Of a stretch of 32,000 nucleotides of DNA, positions 9,453 to 18,616 are shown in pieces. How positions within the stretch are numbered: the stretch's first letter is position 1; each line of letters opens with the position of its first letter. The stretch comes from Idiomarina loihiensis L2TR (GTDB lineage: Bacteria; Pseudomonadota; Gammaproteobacteria; Enterobacterales; Alteromonadaceae): positions 930,001-962,000 of the forward strand of contig NC_006512.1 of the NCBI RefSeq assembly GCF_000008465.1, written 5' to 3'. The position numbers and the translations under genes were made by a program. A model generated the notes under the pieces. It was not told the DNA's origin. It did not search any database and saw only the letters and a program-made list of their open reading frames with translations.

Positions 9453-11672
9453 ATGATGTTCCTGCACGGATCACGGCAGGCTGTTATAGCAGCCCTTGTT
9501 GGTTTGGTCATTACTGTTACCGCTTTTAGCTATTTGCGTTATCAGGAAAATCAAGTTGTCCACGATGCCCTGGAAGCCGAAACTTATAACTTGCAACGCG
9601 ACATTCGACAAAGTCTGGTATCCCATTTGTTCGTCGCTGAATTGTTAGCTCGCGAGTGGGAACGTAGTGACCTTTCAATAGAGGAACGCTGGAAGGAAAA
9701 TGCCGATATCGTTACTTTGTACTATCAGAATGTACAAGGCATCACCTGGCTCAATGATGAGCTGGATATTGAGCTTATCTACCCTCAGAACGAACAACCC
9801 GAACTACTGGGAACGCCTTTTGCTAAAACTCCATTACTGGAAAAGCTGAAGGCTTCGGAAGGAAACCGTCACGCAATGATGGGCCCTGCCGGGAATTTGG
9901 GCCGTATTAGCAGCGACATAGCTATTTTTGTCCGTGTAGAGCAGCAAGATCAAACTCACGGCTTTCTGGGTTTTGTAATAAGCCTGCAAAGCCTGTTTAA
10001 CAATGTGGTGCGCAGTAACATCAGTGAAGGTTTCCAACTCAGTGTACGCAGTGACAACGACATACTGTATCAATTTGCCGGCGATACTTCATTACGCGAA
10101 GAATGGTCACATTTTCATTCACTACAATTAGTAGGAAATAGCTGGGAGCTTTCAGTCTGGCCGACCGCTGGTCATCTGGAACAACTACGCGGGGGAATTT
10201 CACTAGCCGCTTTAATCGCCGGTTTACTCGTAACCAGCATGCTGACTTTTGTCCTTTATATTTTAGGCCAGAGCCGTTTTAAAGCTCAGCAACTGGCCGA
10301 TTCAAATATTGAACTTTATAGTGAAATTGATGAACGCGAGCGCATTGAAAAGCAGATGGCTTATCTTGCCGAGCATGATTCTCTTACCGGCCTTGTAAAC
10401 CGAAACGCCTTGAAACGTATTTTGGGTGAGTGGCTGGAAACCGAATCGCCGCATAAAAAAGCCGCTTTGTTATTTATCGATTTAGATAGATTTAAGGAAG
10501 TCAATGATGCGCTGGGTCATACGGTTGGCGACGAATTGCTACGCCGGGTTGCACGACGCATTACAAAATTAGCACCTAAAGGTAGTGTTCTGGCGCGGGC
10601 TGGTGGTGATGAGTTTTTACTGGCAATAGCAAAACCTGATAGTCGCGAAAGTATTATCAAATTGTCTGAGCAAATGCTCCAGGCTTTGGACACGCACTTT
10701 TTCGTCGACGTCTATGAGCTCTTTATTAGTGCTTCTATTGGTGTCACTTTCGCGGATGATGCCGATTTTAACGCTGAATACTTTATTCGTAACGCAGACA
10801 CCGCGCTATATCAGGCAAAAGAACATGGCCGCAATACCTATAAAGTTTACGATAAAGCCATTCACCGCGACTTGACCAAAAAACTGGAACTGGTTAAACG
10901 GCTGCGCCACGCCGTTTCTAAGCAGCAACTAACGGTTTATTACCAACCTAAAGTTGAGCTCGGTAGCCGCCGTATCAGTGGTTTAGAGGCTCTGGTTCGC
11001 TGGGTTGATGACGATGGCAGTATCATTCCTCCGGATGAGTTTATTCCACTGGCTGAAGATACCGGCCTTATTATTCCTATATCGGAATACGTGATGGAAG
11101 AAGCCTTCCTACAATTAAAGCAATGGCACGAACTTGGCTTCGACGAATTGAGCATTGCCATCAATATCTCAGGAAAACAGCTACACTTAGCTGATTTGGT
11201 CGATGATATTATGGAGCGGGTTAACGAAGCACAAATACCGCCAAACAAAGTTGAACTAGAGCTAACTGAGCAAGTATTTATCGAAAATATTCAGTCCCAT
11301 ACCCGTTTCATGCACTCGGTGCGTGAACAGGGAATGTCACTGGCTATAGACGACTTTGGTGTGGGATACTCTTCGCTTTCATATTTGAAGAATTTCCCGG
11401 TTACTTCGTTAAAAATAGATCGCTCTTTTGTCAGGGATTTACCACACAACGAAGACGACGCAACCATTACGCAGACCATTATTAGTCTGGCGCGTAATTT
11501 AAACCTGCAATTGGTTGCCGAGGGTATCGAAACCGAAGAACAAGTCGAATTTTTATTACAACGTGAATGCAGTACCGGACAAGGCTTTCTTTTCAGTAAA
11601 CCGGTTCCGGCACGGCAAATCACTGAACTATTACAGCAGTATAAAGGGCTTATCCCTATCCAGATAGCCTGA
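9453..11672 (+). CDS. membrane sensor diguanylate cyclase/phosphodiesterase (periplasmic domain, GGDEF, EAL)
   Basis: 739 aa. An N-terminal TM helix, a roughly 220-aa extracytoplasmic region and a second TM helix (LIAGLLVTSMLTFVLYIL). Intact GGDEF (ARAGGDEFLL) and intact EAL (SGLEALVRW ... DDFGVGYSSLSYL). Starts 3 nt after the acetoacetyl-CoA synthetase stop. Confidence 0.9.
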   Translation: MMFLHGSRQAVIAALVGLVITVTAFSYLRYQENQVVHDALEAETYNLQRDIRQSLVSHLFVAELLAREWERSDLSIEERWKENADIVTLYYQNVQGITWLNDELDIELIYPQNEQPELLGTPFAKTPLLEKLKASEGNRHAMMGPAGNLGRISSDIAIFVRVEQQDQTHGFLGFVISLQSLFNNVVRSNISEGFQLSVRSDNDILYQFAGDTSLREEWSHFHSLQLVGNSWELSVWPTAGHLEQLRGGISLAALIAGLLVTSMLTFVLYILGQSRFKAQQLADSNIELYSEIDERERIEKQMAYLAEHDSLTGLVNRNALKRILGEWLETESPHKKAALLFIDLDRFKEVNDALGHTVGDELLRRVARRITKLAPKGSVLARAGGDEFLLAIAKPDSRESIIKLSEQMLQALDTHFFVDVYELFISASIGVTFADDADFNAEYFIRNADTALYQAKEHGRNTYKVYDKAIHRDLTKKLELVKRLRHAVSKQQLTVYYQPKVELGSRRISGLEALVRWVDDDGSIIPPDEFIPLAEDTGLIIPISEYVMEEAFLQLKQWHELGFDELSIAINISGKQLHLADLVDDIMERVNEAQIPPNKVELELTEQVFIENIQSHTRFMHSVREQGMSLAIDDFGVGYSSLSYLKNFPVTSLKIDRSFVRDLPHNEDDATITQTIISLARNLNLQLVAEGIETEEQVEFLLQRECSTGQGFLFSKPVPARQITELLQQYKGLIPIQIA

Positions 11673-11689
11673 ATATAGTGGAGGTTAAC

Positions 11690-13339
11690 GTGGAACGCGA
11701 AAGCATGGAATTTGATGTCGTCATAGTTGGTGCAGGCCCGTCAGGGTTGGCAACCGCCTGTCGACTCGGCCAACTCGCACAGGAAAATGAGCAAGAACTC
11801 ATGATATGCGTAGTTGAGAAAGGCGCTGATATTGGCGCTCATATTTTATCCGGCGCGGTGTTCGAACCACGAGCCCTGAACGAACTTTTCCCTGACTGGA
11901 AAGATCGCGGCGCCCCGCTCAATACCGAAGTTACCGGCGATGATGTTTTATTGCTAAAAGACGAAAATAATCACAGTCGCCTGCCTGACTTTAGTGTGCC
12001 TAAAACCTTTCACAATAAAGGCAATTACATTGCCAGTATGGGTAACCTGTGTCGTTGGATGGCAGAACAAGCCGAACAACTGGGCATCGAAATATTTCCT
12101 GGTTTTGCGGCCTCTGAAATTCTGTATAACGACGATGGCAGCGTTGCGGGTATTCAAACCGGTGACATGGGTGTGGCTAAAGACGGTAGCGAAAAAGACG
12201 GCTATATGCCGGGAATGGAACTGCGTGCTAAATACACCTTATTCGCAGAAGGTTGTCGCGGTCATTTAGGCAAAGAGCTGATTAGCAGGTTTGAACTGGA
12301 TAAAGACAGCACCCCGCAACATTATGGTCTAGGCTTTAAAGAAATTTGGGATGTACCAGAGGACATGCACGAGCCCGGCAAAGTGGTTCACACCGCAGGC
12401 TGGCCGCTAACCGACAGTGATGCTACTGGCGGCGGTTATCTATATCATGCCGAAGACGGACAAGTGTACTTAGGCCTTATTGTTGATCTTAACTACGCTA
12501 ACCCTTACCTGAATCCATTTCAGGAGTTTCAGCGGTTCAAAACTCACCCGGCTATTAAGCAAATCATTGAAAATGGTAAGCGGGTGTCCTACGGCGCACG
12601 CGCTATTGCTAAAGGTGGCTATTATTCGTTACCGAAAATGACCTTCCCCGGAGGTTTGCTGGTTGGCTGTAACGCAGGCACCTTAAACTTTGCCAAGATC
12701 AAAGGAAACCATACCGCAATGAAGTCGGGTATGGTGGCCGCTGAATGTGTATTTGAACAGCTAAAAAATGGTAAAGCCAACGACGACATTACCAGCTACA
12801 AAGAGGCGTTTGAAAAGTCCTGGGTATTTGATGAATTGTATCGCTCACGCAATTTCGGCGGTGCTGTGCATAAATTGGGCACAATACTTGGCGGCGCTTA
12901 TAATATGGTCGATCAAAATTGGTTTGGTGGTAAATTACCCTTTAAATTTAAAGAGTGGACACCGGATTATAAAGCGACAGGTAAAGCCGAAAACTATACG
13001 GCAATCGACTATCCAAAAGCAGATAATAAACTGACATTTGATCGTCTGTCATCGGTATTTTTGTCCAATACCAATCACGCAGAAGATCAACCCTGCCATT
13101 TAAAGCTCAGTGACGCTAATATTCCATTAGAGGTCAATTTACCGAAGTATGCAGAGCCTGCGCAACGCTATTGCCCTGCCGGGGTTTATGAAGTGGTTGA
13201 AGAAGACGGCAAACAAGTTTTTCAAATTAATGCGCAAAACTGCATACACTGTAAAACTTGTGATATTAAAGATCCTAGCCAGAATATAACCTGGGTTGTG
13301 CCCGAAGGTGGCGGCGGACCTACCTACCCTAATATGTAA
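11690..13339 (+). CDS. electron-transfer flavoprotein-ubiquinone oxidoreductase (ETF-QO)
   Basis: FAD-binding DVVIVGAGPSGL near the N-terminus and a C-terminal 4Fe-4S cluster region (CPAGVYE...NCIHCKTCDIKDP). I prefer GTG 11690 because GGAGG at 11680-11684 gives correct spacing. The ORF-track start is GTG 11678. Confidence 0.9.
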   Translation: MERESMEFDVVIVGAGPSGLATACRLGQLAQENEQELMICVVEKGADIGAHILSGAVFEPRALNELFPDWKDRGAPLNTEVTGDDVLLLKDENNHSRLPDFSVPKTFHNKGNYIASMGNLCRWMAEQAEQLGIEIFPGFAASEILYNDDGSVAGIQTGDMGVAKDGSEKDGYMPGMELRAKYTLFAEGCRGHLGKELISRFELDKDSTPQHYGLGFKEIWDVPEDMHEPGKVVHTAGWPLTDSDATGGGYLYHAEDGQVYLGLIVDLNYANPYLNPFQEFQRFKTHPAIKQIIENGKRVSYGARAIAKGGYYSLPKMTFPGGLLVGCNAGTLNFAKIKGNHTAMKSGMVAAECVFEQLKNGKANDDITSYKEAFEKSWVFDELYRSRNFGGAVHKLGTILGGAYNMVDQNWFGGKLPFKFKEWTPDYKATGKAENYTAIDYPKADNKLTFDRLSSVFLSNTNHAEDQPCHLKLSDANIPLEVNLPKYAEPAQRYCPAGVYEVVEEDGKQVFQINAQNCIHCKTCDIKDPSQNITWVVPEGGGGPTYPNM

Positions 13340-13360
13340 ACACTTCGTAAAGTTAATAAC

Positions 13361-13404
13361 AAAAAACACCAAAGCATGTTAAATGTTTTGGTGTTTTTTC
13401 GTTT
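13361..13404 (+). terminator. rho-independent terminator after ETF-QO
   Basis: AAAAAACACCAAAGCAT (13361-13377) pairs with ATGTTTTGGTGTTTTTT (13383-13399) apart from one G-U wobble (G13374-T13386), around a 5-nt loop. A T-run follows. It begins 22 nt after the stop codon. Confidence 0.7.
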
Positions 13405-13592
13405 TAGGAACTAAAAATTATAAGTTTGTCGACTTATTAAGTCATAAATGTACTTTTAAACGAGTCATATAAAAATGAAGTGAAAAGAGAGCAGTATTGA
13501 TAGTAATTATAAGTAATTGTTAATAAGTAACGCTATACGGTGATTTTAATCCTCTTTCTCTATTTCTATGTACTTATTCAATAAAAAGAAGT

Positions 13593-13622
13593 TTCAACTT
13601 AAACTGTAATAACAGCTATAAT
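13593..13622 (+). promoter_or_regulatory. candidate sigma70 promoter for hns (TTCAAC ... TATAAT)
   Basis: TATAAT at 13617-13622 with a TTCAAC-like -35 at 13593-13598 (18-nt spacer), about 45 nt upstream of the hns ATG. Embedded in a very AT-rich region. Assigned by eye only. Confidence 0.35.
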
Positions 13623-13666
13623 GCAAACAAACCAATATTTAAGCAATCAAATAAGGTAAGCAAAAA

Positions 13667-14083
13667 ATGAGTGAATTCATTAACATTCTTCGTCACGAAC
13701 GCCGTTTAAAAGCAGCATTAAAAGAACTGGATTTAAACGAGCTGGAAAGTGTTAAATCTAAATTTGATTCGGTAATTTCTCAGCGTCGCGAAGAGGAAGC
13801 TGAAAAGCAACGCCAGAACGAAGCAAAGCAGAAAAAAATTGAAGAATTTAAAAGCGCGATGGCCGATGCAGGCATTGAATTGTCCGACATATTAGAGCAA
13901 GAGCTGGGTGGCGAACCTATCGTTAAAACCACTCGTAAAAAACGGGCACCTAAGCCTCCTAAATACGAATACACCGACGAAAATGGCGAAAAACAAACCT
14001 GGACTGGTCAGGGTCGCATGCCTAAAGCCATGAAAACAGCGGTCGATAATGGCAAATCATTAGAAGCATTTCTAATTAAGTAG
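13667..14083 (+). CDS. hns: H-NS family nucleoid-associated DNA-binding protein
   Basis: 138 aa. Charged coiled-coil N-terminal half and a C-terminal domain with the H-NS DNA-binding loop motif TWTGQGRMPKAM. Confidence 0.85.
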   Translation: MSEFINILRHERRLKAALKELDLNELESVKSKFDSVISQRREEEAEKQRQNEAKQKKIEEFKSAMADAGIELSDILEQELGGEPIVKTTRKKRAPKPPKYEYTDENGEKQTWTGQGRMPKAMKTAVDNGKSLEAFLIK

Positions 14084-14094
14084 CGTTAGTCAAA

Positions 14095-14136
14095 CGTAAT
14101 CTCTACCAATAATAAAGAGTAGAGATTACGCTTTTT
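14095..14136 (+). terminator. rho-independent terminator after hns
   Basis: CGTAATCTCTAC (14095-14106) pairs perfectly with GTAGAGATTACG (14119-14130), followed by CTTTTTG. Confidence 0.75.
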
Positions 14137-14196
14137 GTTGAACAATAGGCTCAGCTTGATTAGGCTATAGAAAATTCAAACTGGCAAGGATCGACA

Positions 14197-14565
14197 TTGC
14201 GCTATCGTTTCATAGCATTCGTATTAACGCCATTATTCGGCCTTTCTGCCTGTAGCATCTTACCTCAGATGTCAGGAGGCTTTAATCAGATCGACTCAGG
14301 TGATGTTGAAGTTTATCGCGGTGACAACAAGCCCTCGCGTGCATACGAGTTGATAAGTATTGTAAATGGTGAAAGCTGCCAGCGAAAATTTAGAGGCGCA
14401 GAAGCGTCGGCGAACGATGCCGTTGAAGCCCTGCGGGAAGACGCTGTCCGATTTAAAGCTCATGCCATTATCGGCGCTCAATGCTTTTCTTTTAAACCCG
14501 AAGCCGACTCCATCTGTTACAGTGAAGTCAGCTGCGTGGGCCGCGCTATTCAATGGCGTGATTAA
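14197..14565 (+). CDS. RcsF-like outer-membrane lipoprotein
   Basis: TTG start. Lipobox signal peptide (FGLSAC). The mature part carries four Cys in an RcsF-like arrangement (VNGESCQ ... GAQC ... DSIC ... SCVGRAIQW). The neighbourhood rcsF-trmO-proS matches E. coli synteny as I remember it. Confidence 0.55.
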   Translation: MRYRFIAFVLTPLFGLSACSILPQMSGGFNQIDSGDVEVYRGDNKPSRAYELISIVNGESCQRKFRGAEASANDAVEALREDAVRFKAHAIIGAQCFSFKPEADSICYSEVSCVGRAIQWRD

Positions 14566-15203
14566 TAACCTTGTTTCAAGGTAACGTCGCCAACGCCAAC
14601 TTCAACCTTAACTCTGACAGAGCCGTTACCCTGATAACTCGACTCAGATGTCACAATCATTCTGTCTTCCTGAGTGTTGCCGAAGTTCTTTAAACTGGTA
14701 TCGCCAACTCCTACCGATGCTTCTACTTGCTTGTAGTCGCCCTTGGCTAGATTCAAAGAGACATCACCAACACCTAAATCAACTTTTAAGTCGTTGAATG
14801 GTACGTCACCTTCAATCTGACCAACACCCAGGTCTATCTCAAGCAATCGGCTGCGCGGTACGGACACTATCCAATGTTGTGACATATCGTCATCGGGTGT
14901 TGCCGAAATTTCCAGGCGATTCCCGTCTCGTTCACCTTTTATAATAACTTTATCAAGCTCACCGCCACTGACGAACCAGCCGTCATCATCCGACTCTACA
15001 CGAAGCTCAATTCCGACCGTATCGCCTTCTGTTACACTTAACTCAACCGTTCCCACCGTTGCGTCTAAATGAATTTCTGTATCACTGCTAACAATATAAC
15101 TACTGGTTAACGTGCGTTCACTTTCGGCAGAAAACGCGGCTGTACTTACTGTAACTAAACCAATAAAACCTAAAGTTAAAGGCCAAATTTTGTGTTTCAT
15201 CAT
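14562..15203 (-). CDS. secreted beta-strand repeat protein (DUF4097/LiaG-like putative adhesin fold)
   Basis: Signal peptide MMKHKIWPLTLGFIGLVTVSTAAFSA. Four copies of a GVG(D/Q) motif (DLGVGQIEGDV, DLGVGDVSLNL, SVGVGDTSLKN, EVGVGDVTLKQ). I chose ATG 15203 over 15236 because it sits directly at the signal peptide. The family assignment is from motif memory only. Confidence 0.6.
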   Translation of the reverse strand: MMKHKIWPLTLGFIGLVTVSTAAFSAESERTLTSSYIVSSDTEIHLDATVGTVELSVTEGDTVGIELRVESDDDGWFVSGGELDKVIIKGERDGNRLEISATPDDDMSQHWIVSVPRSRLLEIDLGVGQIEGDVPFNDLKVDLGVGDVSLNLAKGDYKQVEASVGVGDTSLKNFGNTQEDRMIVTSESSYQGNGSVRVKVEVGVGDVTLKQGY

Positions 15204-15414
15204 TTTTCTTTTCCTATTGTTATTAAAACGATTCATGCTAACCCCTAAAGCACTAAAAGTTGCTTATGACTAGCTTTTGCAACGCCTGTGCCAAAAATAA
15301 AAGTCACATAAAATCAGTGAGTTAATCCATCTTTGATTTTCGAGGTTAGTGAATTAACAAACTATGTGGTCAAATTGGCTACCACAATTCTGGATATTCA
15401 CTAACGGAGGCAGA

Positions 15415-16122
15415 ATGAAAAGCCAGCAACAACTAACACCCATAGCTATCATTCGTACGCCTTTTCCTGAAAAGTTTAGTGTTCCCCGGCAACCCGGCCT
15501 GGCTCCCTCTGCATTGGCTCAGGTTGAGCTCGTTGGGAATTACCAGCATGCACAAGCCATAGAGGGTATAGAACAGTTCTCTCACCTTTGGCTAACCTTC
15601 GAGTTTCATCAGCACAGTTCGTGGCAGGAGCGCGTTCGCCCGCCCCGGCTTGGCGGTAATGAACAGCTAGGCGTCTTTGCCACCCGCTCCCCGTTCCGGC
15701 CGAATCAATTAGGCTTATCTGTGGTTGAGTTAGTTGCAGTAGAGACCGAGCCTAAGGTGGTGTTGACGGTTCGCGGAGCTGACTTGGTGGATAACACCCC
15801 TATTGTCGATATAAAACCTTATATTCCCTACGTCGACGCCATTAGTGACGCTCGTGCGGGATTTGCTCAGCACAAACCGGAAGAAAGCTTAGAGGTGATT
15901 TTTTTGGAAGCGGCGGAGTCGACTCTTATCAGGGAGTCAGAGCGCGCTCCTGAGCTTAAAACACTGATTACCGAGGTGCTCAGCCAGGACCCCAGACCCG
16001 CTTATCACAAGTTACAGGAAAACCAGAGAAATTACGGCACAGCGCTTTTGAACTACAATATTCGCTGGTATGTACAACAAAACACCGTTTTTGTTGAAGA
16101 AATCTCACTAAAACAGCTGTAA
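15415..16122 (+). CDS. trmO: tRNA (N6-threonylcarbamoyladenosine(37)-N6)-methyltransferase TrmO (YaeB/TsaA family)
   Basis: Matches the E. coli YaeB pattern (IRTPFPEKFSVPRQPGL, RPPRLGGN, GVFATRSPFRPN, DNTPIVDIKPY). ATG 15415 is preceded by GGAGG at 15406-15410. The ORF-track start at 15364 adds an implausible extension. Confidence 0.88.
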   Translation: MKSQQQLTPIAIIRTPFPEKFSVPRQPGLAPSALAQVELVGNYQHAQAIEGIEQFSHLWLTFEFHQHSSWQERVRPPRLGGNEQLGVFATRSPFRPNQLGLSVVELVAVETEPKVVLTVRGADLVDNTPIVDIKPYIPYVDAISDARAGFAQHKPEESLEVIFLEAAESTLIRESERAPELKTLITEVLSQDPRPAYHKLQENQRNYGTALLNYNIRWYVQQNTVFVEEISLKQL

Positions 16123-16200
16123 AAGGCTTTTGGGCGGCGTCAGACACTGCTAAACTTCGCTCTAATTTTTGACCACTATAACTTGCAGAGATGCCGGACT

Positions 16201-17904
16201 ATGCGCAGCAGCAAATATTTATTATCAACGCTTAAAGAGACACCTTCTGATGCTGAGATCGTGAGTCATCAGCTGATGTTGCGGGCAGGTATGATCCGTA
16301 AAGTCGCCGCTGGGTTGTATACCTGGACGCCAACCGGTTTGCGTGTACTGCGCAAAGTTGAAAACGTTGTGCGCGAGGAAATGGAAGCCATTAACGCATT
16401 GGAAATTTTAATGCCAATGGTACAACCCGCCGATCTTTGGCAGGAGTCAGGACGCTGGGATGACTACGGACCGGAATTACTGCGTATAAAAGACCGCAAC
16501 CAACGTGACTTTTTACTGGGGCCAACCCACGAAGAAATTATCAGTCAACTGGTACGTAAGGAAGTTAGCAGCTACAAACAACTGCCATTGACCTTGTTCC
16601 AAATCCAGACCAAATTCCGTGATGAAATACGCCCTCGTTTTGGCGTGATGCGTGCGCGCGAATTTCTGATGAAGGACGCCTACTCTTTCCATTTGACCGA
16701 CGAATCGCTGCAAAAAACATACGACGATATGTACAAGGCCTACTGTCGTATTTTCGAGCGTCTTGGTTTAGATTATCGTCCGGTTATAGCCGATACAGGC
16801 TCTATTGGCGGAAGCCACTCGCATGAGTTTCATGTGCTGGCAAGCTCCGGTGAGGACGCCATTGCATTTTCTGACTCTTCAGATTACGCCGCGAACGTGG
16901 AAATGGCAGAAGCTCTGGCTCCTGCTGGTGAGCGCCCTGCTCCTAATCAAAAAGTAGAAAAGCATGAAGTACAAGGCGACGAACTCGCTGCTGTACTACA
17001 GCCTTTGTCTGTAGAAAGCCAGCAAGCAACCAAGTCTTTTATTGTTAAAGCAGCGGACGACATTGATTCTGAATACGTTCAGCTAGTTCTTCGCGCTGAC
17101 CATGAACTGAACACAGTAAAAGCTGAGAAACTGGCTCAGGTTGCGGCTCCGCTGGAAATACTGACTGAAACAGAGAAAGCCACCGGCGTAGAAGCACCTT
17201 ACATTGGCGTTGTAAACGCGAAACTGCCTCTGTTAGTTGACAGCAGTGCGGCTCACCTCGCCGATTTTGCCTGTGGTGCAAATGAGAACGGCCAGTGGCT
17301 AACAGGTGTTAACTGGAAACGTGACACGGGTGATTTCAGCGTCGTGGATATTCGTAACGTTGTTGCCGGTGACCCGAGTCCTTGTGGTCAGGGCAAAGTA
17401 AAAATTGCTCGCGGTATTGAAGTTGGTCATATTTTCCAGCTGGGCAAAAAATACAGCGACGCTATGAAAGTTGGTGTGTTGTCTGAAAGCGGTAAACACG
17501 AAACTTTAACCATGGGCTGCTATGGAATAGGTGTTTCGCGCATAGTCGCTGCCGCCATAGAGCAAAATAACGACGAGCGCGGTATTTGCTGGCCGGAAGC
17601 TTTAGCGCCTTTCCAGGTTGTTATAGTGCCAATGAATATGCACAAGTCGGCACGGGTACAGGAAGCCGCTGAGAAGCTTTATACCGACTTAAAGGCTCAA
17701 GGTATTGATGTGCTGTTTGATGACCGTAAGGAACGCCCTGGGGTGATGTTTACCGACATGGAGCTCATAGGTATTCCTCATCAGGTTGTGGTTGGTGAGC
17801 GTAACCTTGATGAAAACCAGGTTGAGTACCAAAGTCGTAAAGGCGGAGAGAAGCAGAAAATCAATTTAGATGACTGCATTAGCTTCATACAGCAACAACT
17901 CTAA
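16201..17904 (+). CDS. proS: proline-tRNA ligase
   Basis: The N-terminus [34 protein letters not shown] is nearly identical to the start of E. coli ProS. A class II core plus an INS editing domain gives a 567-aa protein. Confidence 0.95.
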   Translation: MRSSKYLLSTLKETPSDAEIVSHQLMLRAGMIRKVAAGLYTWTPTGLRVLRKVENVVREEMEAINALEILMPMVQPADLWQESGRWDDYGPELLRIKDRNQRDFLLGPTHEEIISQLVRKEVSSYKQLPLTLFQIQTKFRDEIRPRFGVMRAREFLMKDAYSFHLTDESLQKTYDDMYKAYCRIFERLGLDYRPVIADTGSIGGSHSHEFHVLASSGEDAIAFSDSSDYAANVEMAEALAPAGERPAPNQKVEKHEVQGDELAAVLQPLSVESQQATKSFIVKAADDIDSEYVQLVLRADHELNTVKAEKLAQVAAPLEILTETEKATGVEAPYIGVVNAKLPLLVDSSAAHLADFACGANENGQWLTGVNWKRDTGDFSVVDIRNVVAGDPSPCGQGKVKIARGIEVGHIFQLGKKYSDAMKVGVLSESGKHETLTMGCYGIGVSRIVAAAIEQNNDERGICWPEALAPFQVVIVPMNMHKSARVQEAAEKLYTDLKAQGIDVLFDDRKERPGVMFTDMELIGIPHQVVVGERNLDENQVEYQSRKGGEKQKINLDDCISFIQQQL

Positions 17905-17918
17905 CTGACGTTATTAAT

Positions 17919-17959
17919 AAAAATGGCCTGATAGTTTTCGCTATCAGGCCATTTTTTTT
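17919..17959. terminator. bidirectional rho-independent terminator between convergent proS and gpt
   Basis: AAAAATGGCCTGATAG (17919-17934) pairs perfectly with CTATCAGGCCATTTTT (17941-17956) around loop TTTTCG. An A-run upstream and a T-run downstream allow termination in both directions. Confidence 0.8.
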
Positions 17960-17984
17960 GCCTTAATTTTTTAACGAGAGAGTC

Positions 17985-18470
17985 TTAAGACTCCTGACCC
18001 GCCAAAGGCTCAATGTAGTGTAAATGCATATCCCACGGAAAGTGGATCCAGGTATCCTGGGCTAAGTCAGCAACAAAATCGTCGACCATTTCCATACCAC
18101 TGGGTTTTGCGTAAACCGTCACAAACTTAGCTTTCGGCAAGCGTTCCCGCAAAAACTTCATCGTATTGCCGGTATCCACTAAGTCATCAACGACCAGAAA
18201 ACCTTCGCCGTCTTCCGTTGCCGTTACGTCTTTCATTACCTGCAAGTCGTCACGCTGTTCTGTGTGGTCATATGAGCTAACAGCAACACAGTCGACAACA
18301 CGAATATTAAGCTCGCGCGACACAATTGCCGCCGGAACCAAACCACCACGGCTAACCGCAATAATACCTTTATATTGCTCCGCCGGTAATTGCCGACGCG
18401 CTAGTTCACGCGTAGCGCGGTGCAACTCTTCCCATGATACAAAAAACTCGCGGTTTGAATGCCATCCCAT
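17985..18470 (-). CDS. gpt: xanthine-guanine phosphoribosyltransferase
   Basis: 161 aa. Collinear with E. coli Gpt (GIIAVSRGGLVPAAI, GFLVVDDLVDTGNT PRPP motif, DTWIHFPWD). Confidence 0.92.
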   Translation of the reverse strand: MGWHSNREFFVSWEELHRATRELARRQLPAEQYKGIIAVSRGGLVPAAIVSRELNIRVVDCVAVSSYDHTEQRDDLQVMKDVTATEDGEGFLVVDDLVDTGNTMKFLRERLPKAKFVTVYAKPSGMEMVDDFVADLAQDTWIHFPWDMHLHYIEPLAGQES

Positions 18471-18616
18471 AATTTCGTTACCCTAACCCGATAAATGTAA
18501 TAATAATGCGTAGCTGCTAAAATTTAGCATTGCGATTAAAAGACAGATATCTTACCTTAACCGCCGCAAAATGTGTTGTTCACTTTTTATTTTGTTAACA
18601 GGATACAGAACTTATC

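Noticed and set aside
17980-17993. 14-nt perfect palindrome GAGTCTTAAGACTC spanning the gpt stop codon
   Set aside because: It would form only a 5-bp stem with a 4-nt loop. It lies within coding sequence plus stop, and the strong bidirectional terminator 20 nt away already explains termination. Probably chance.
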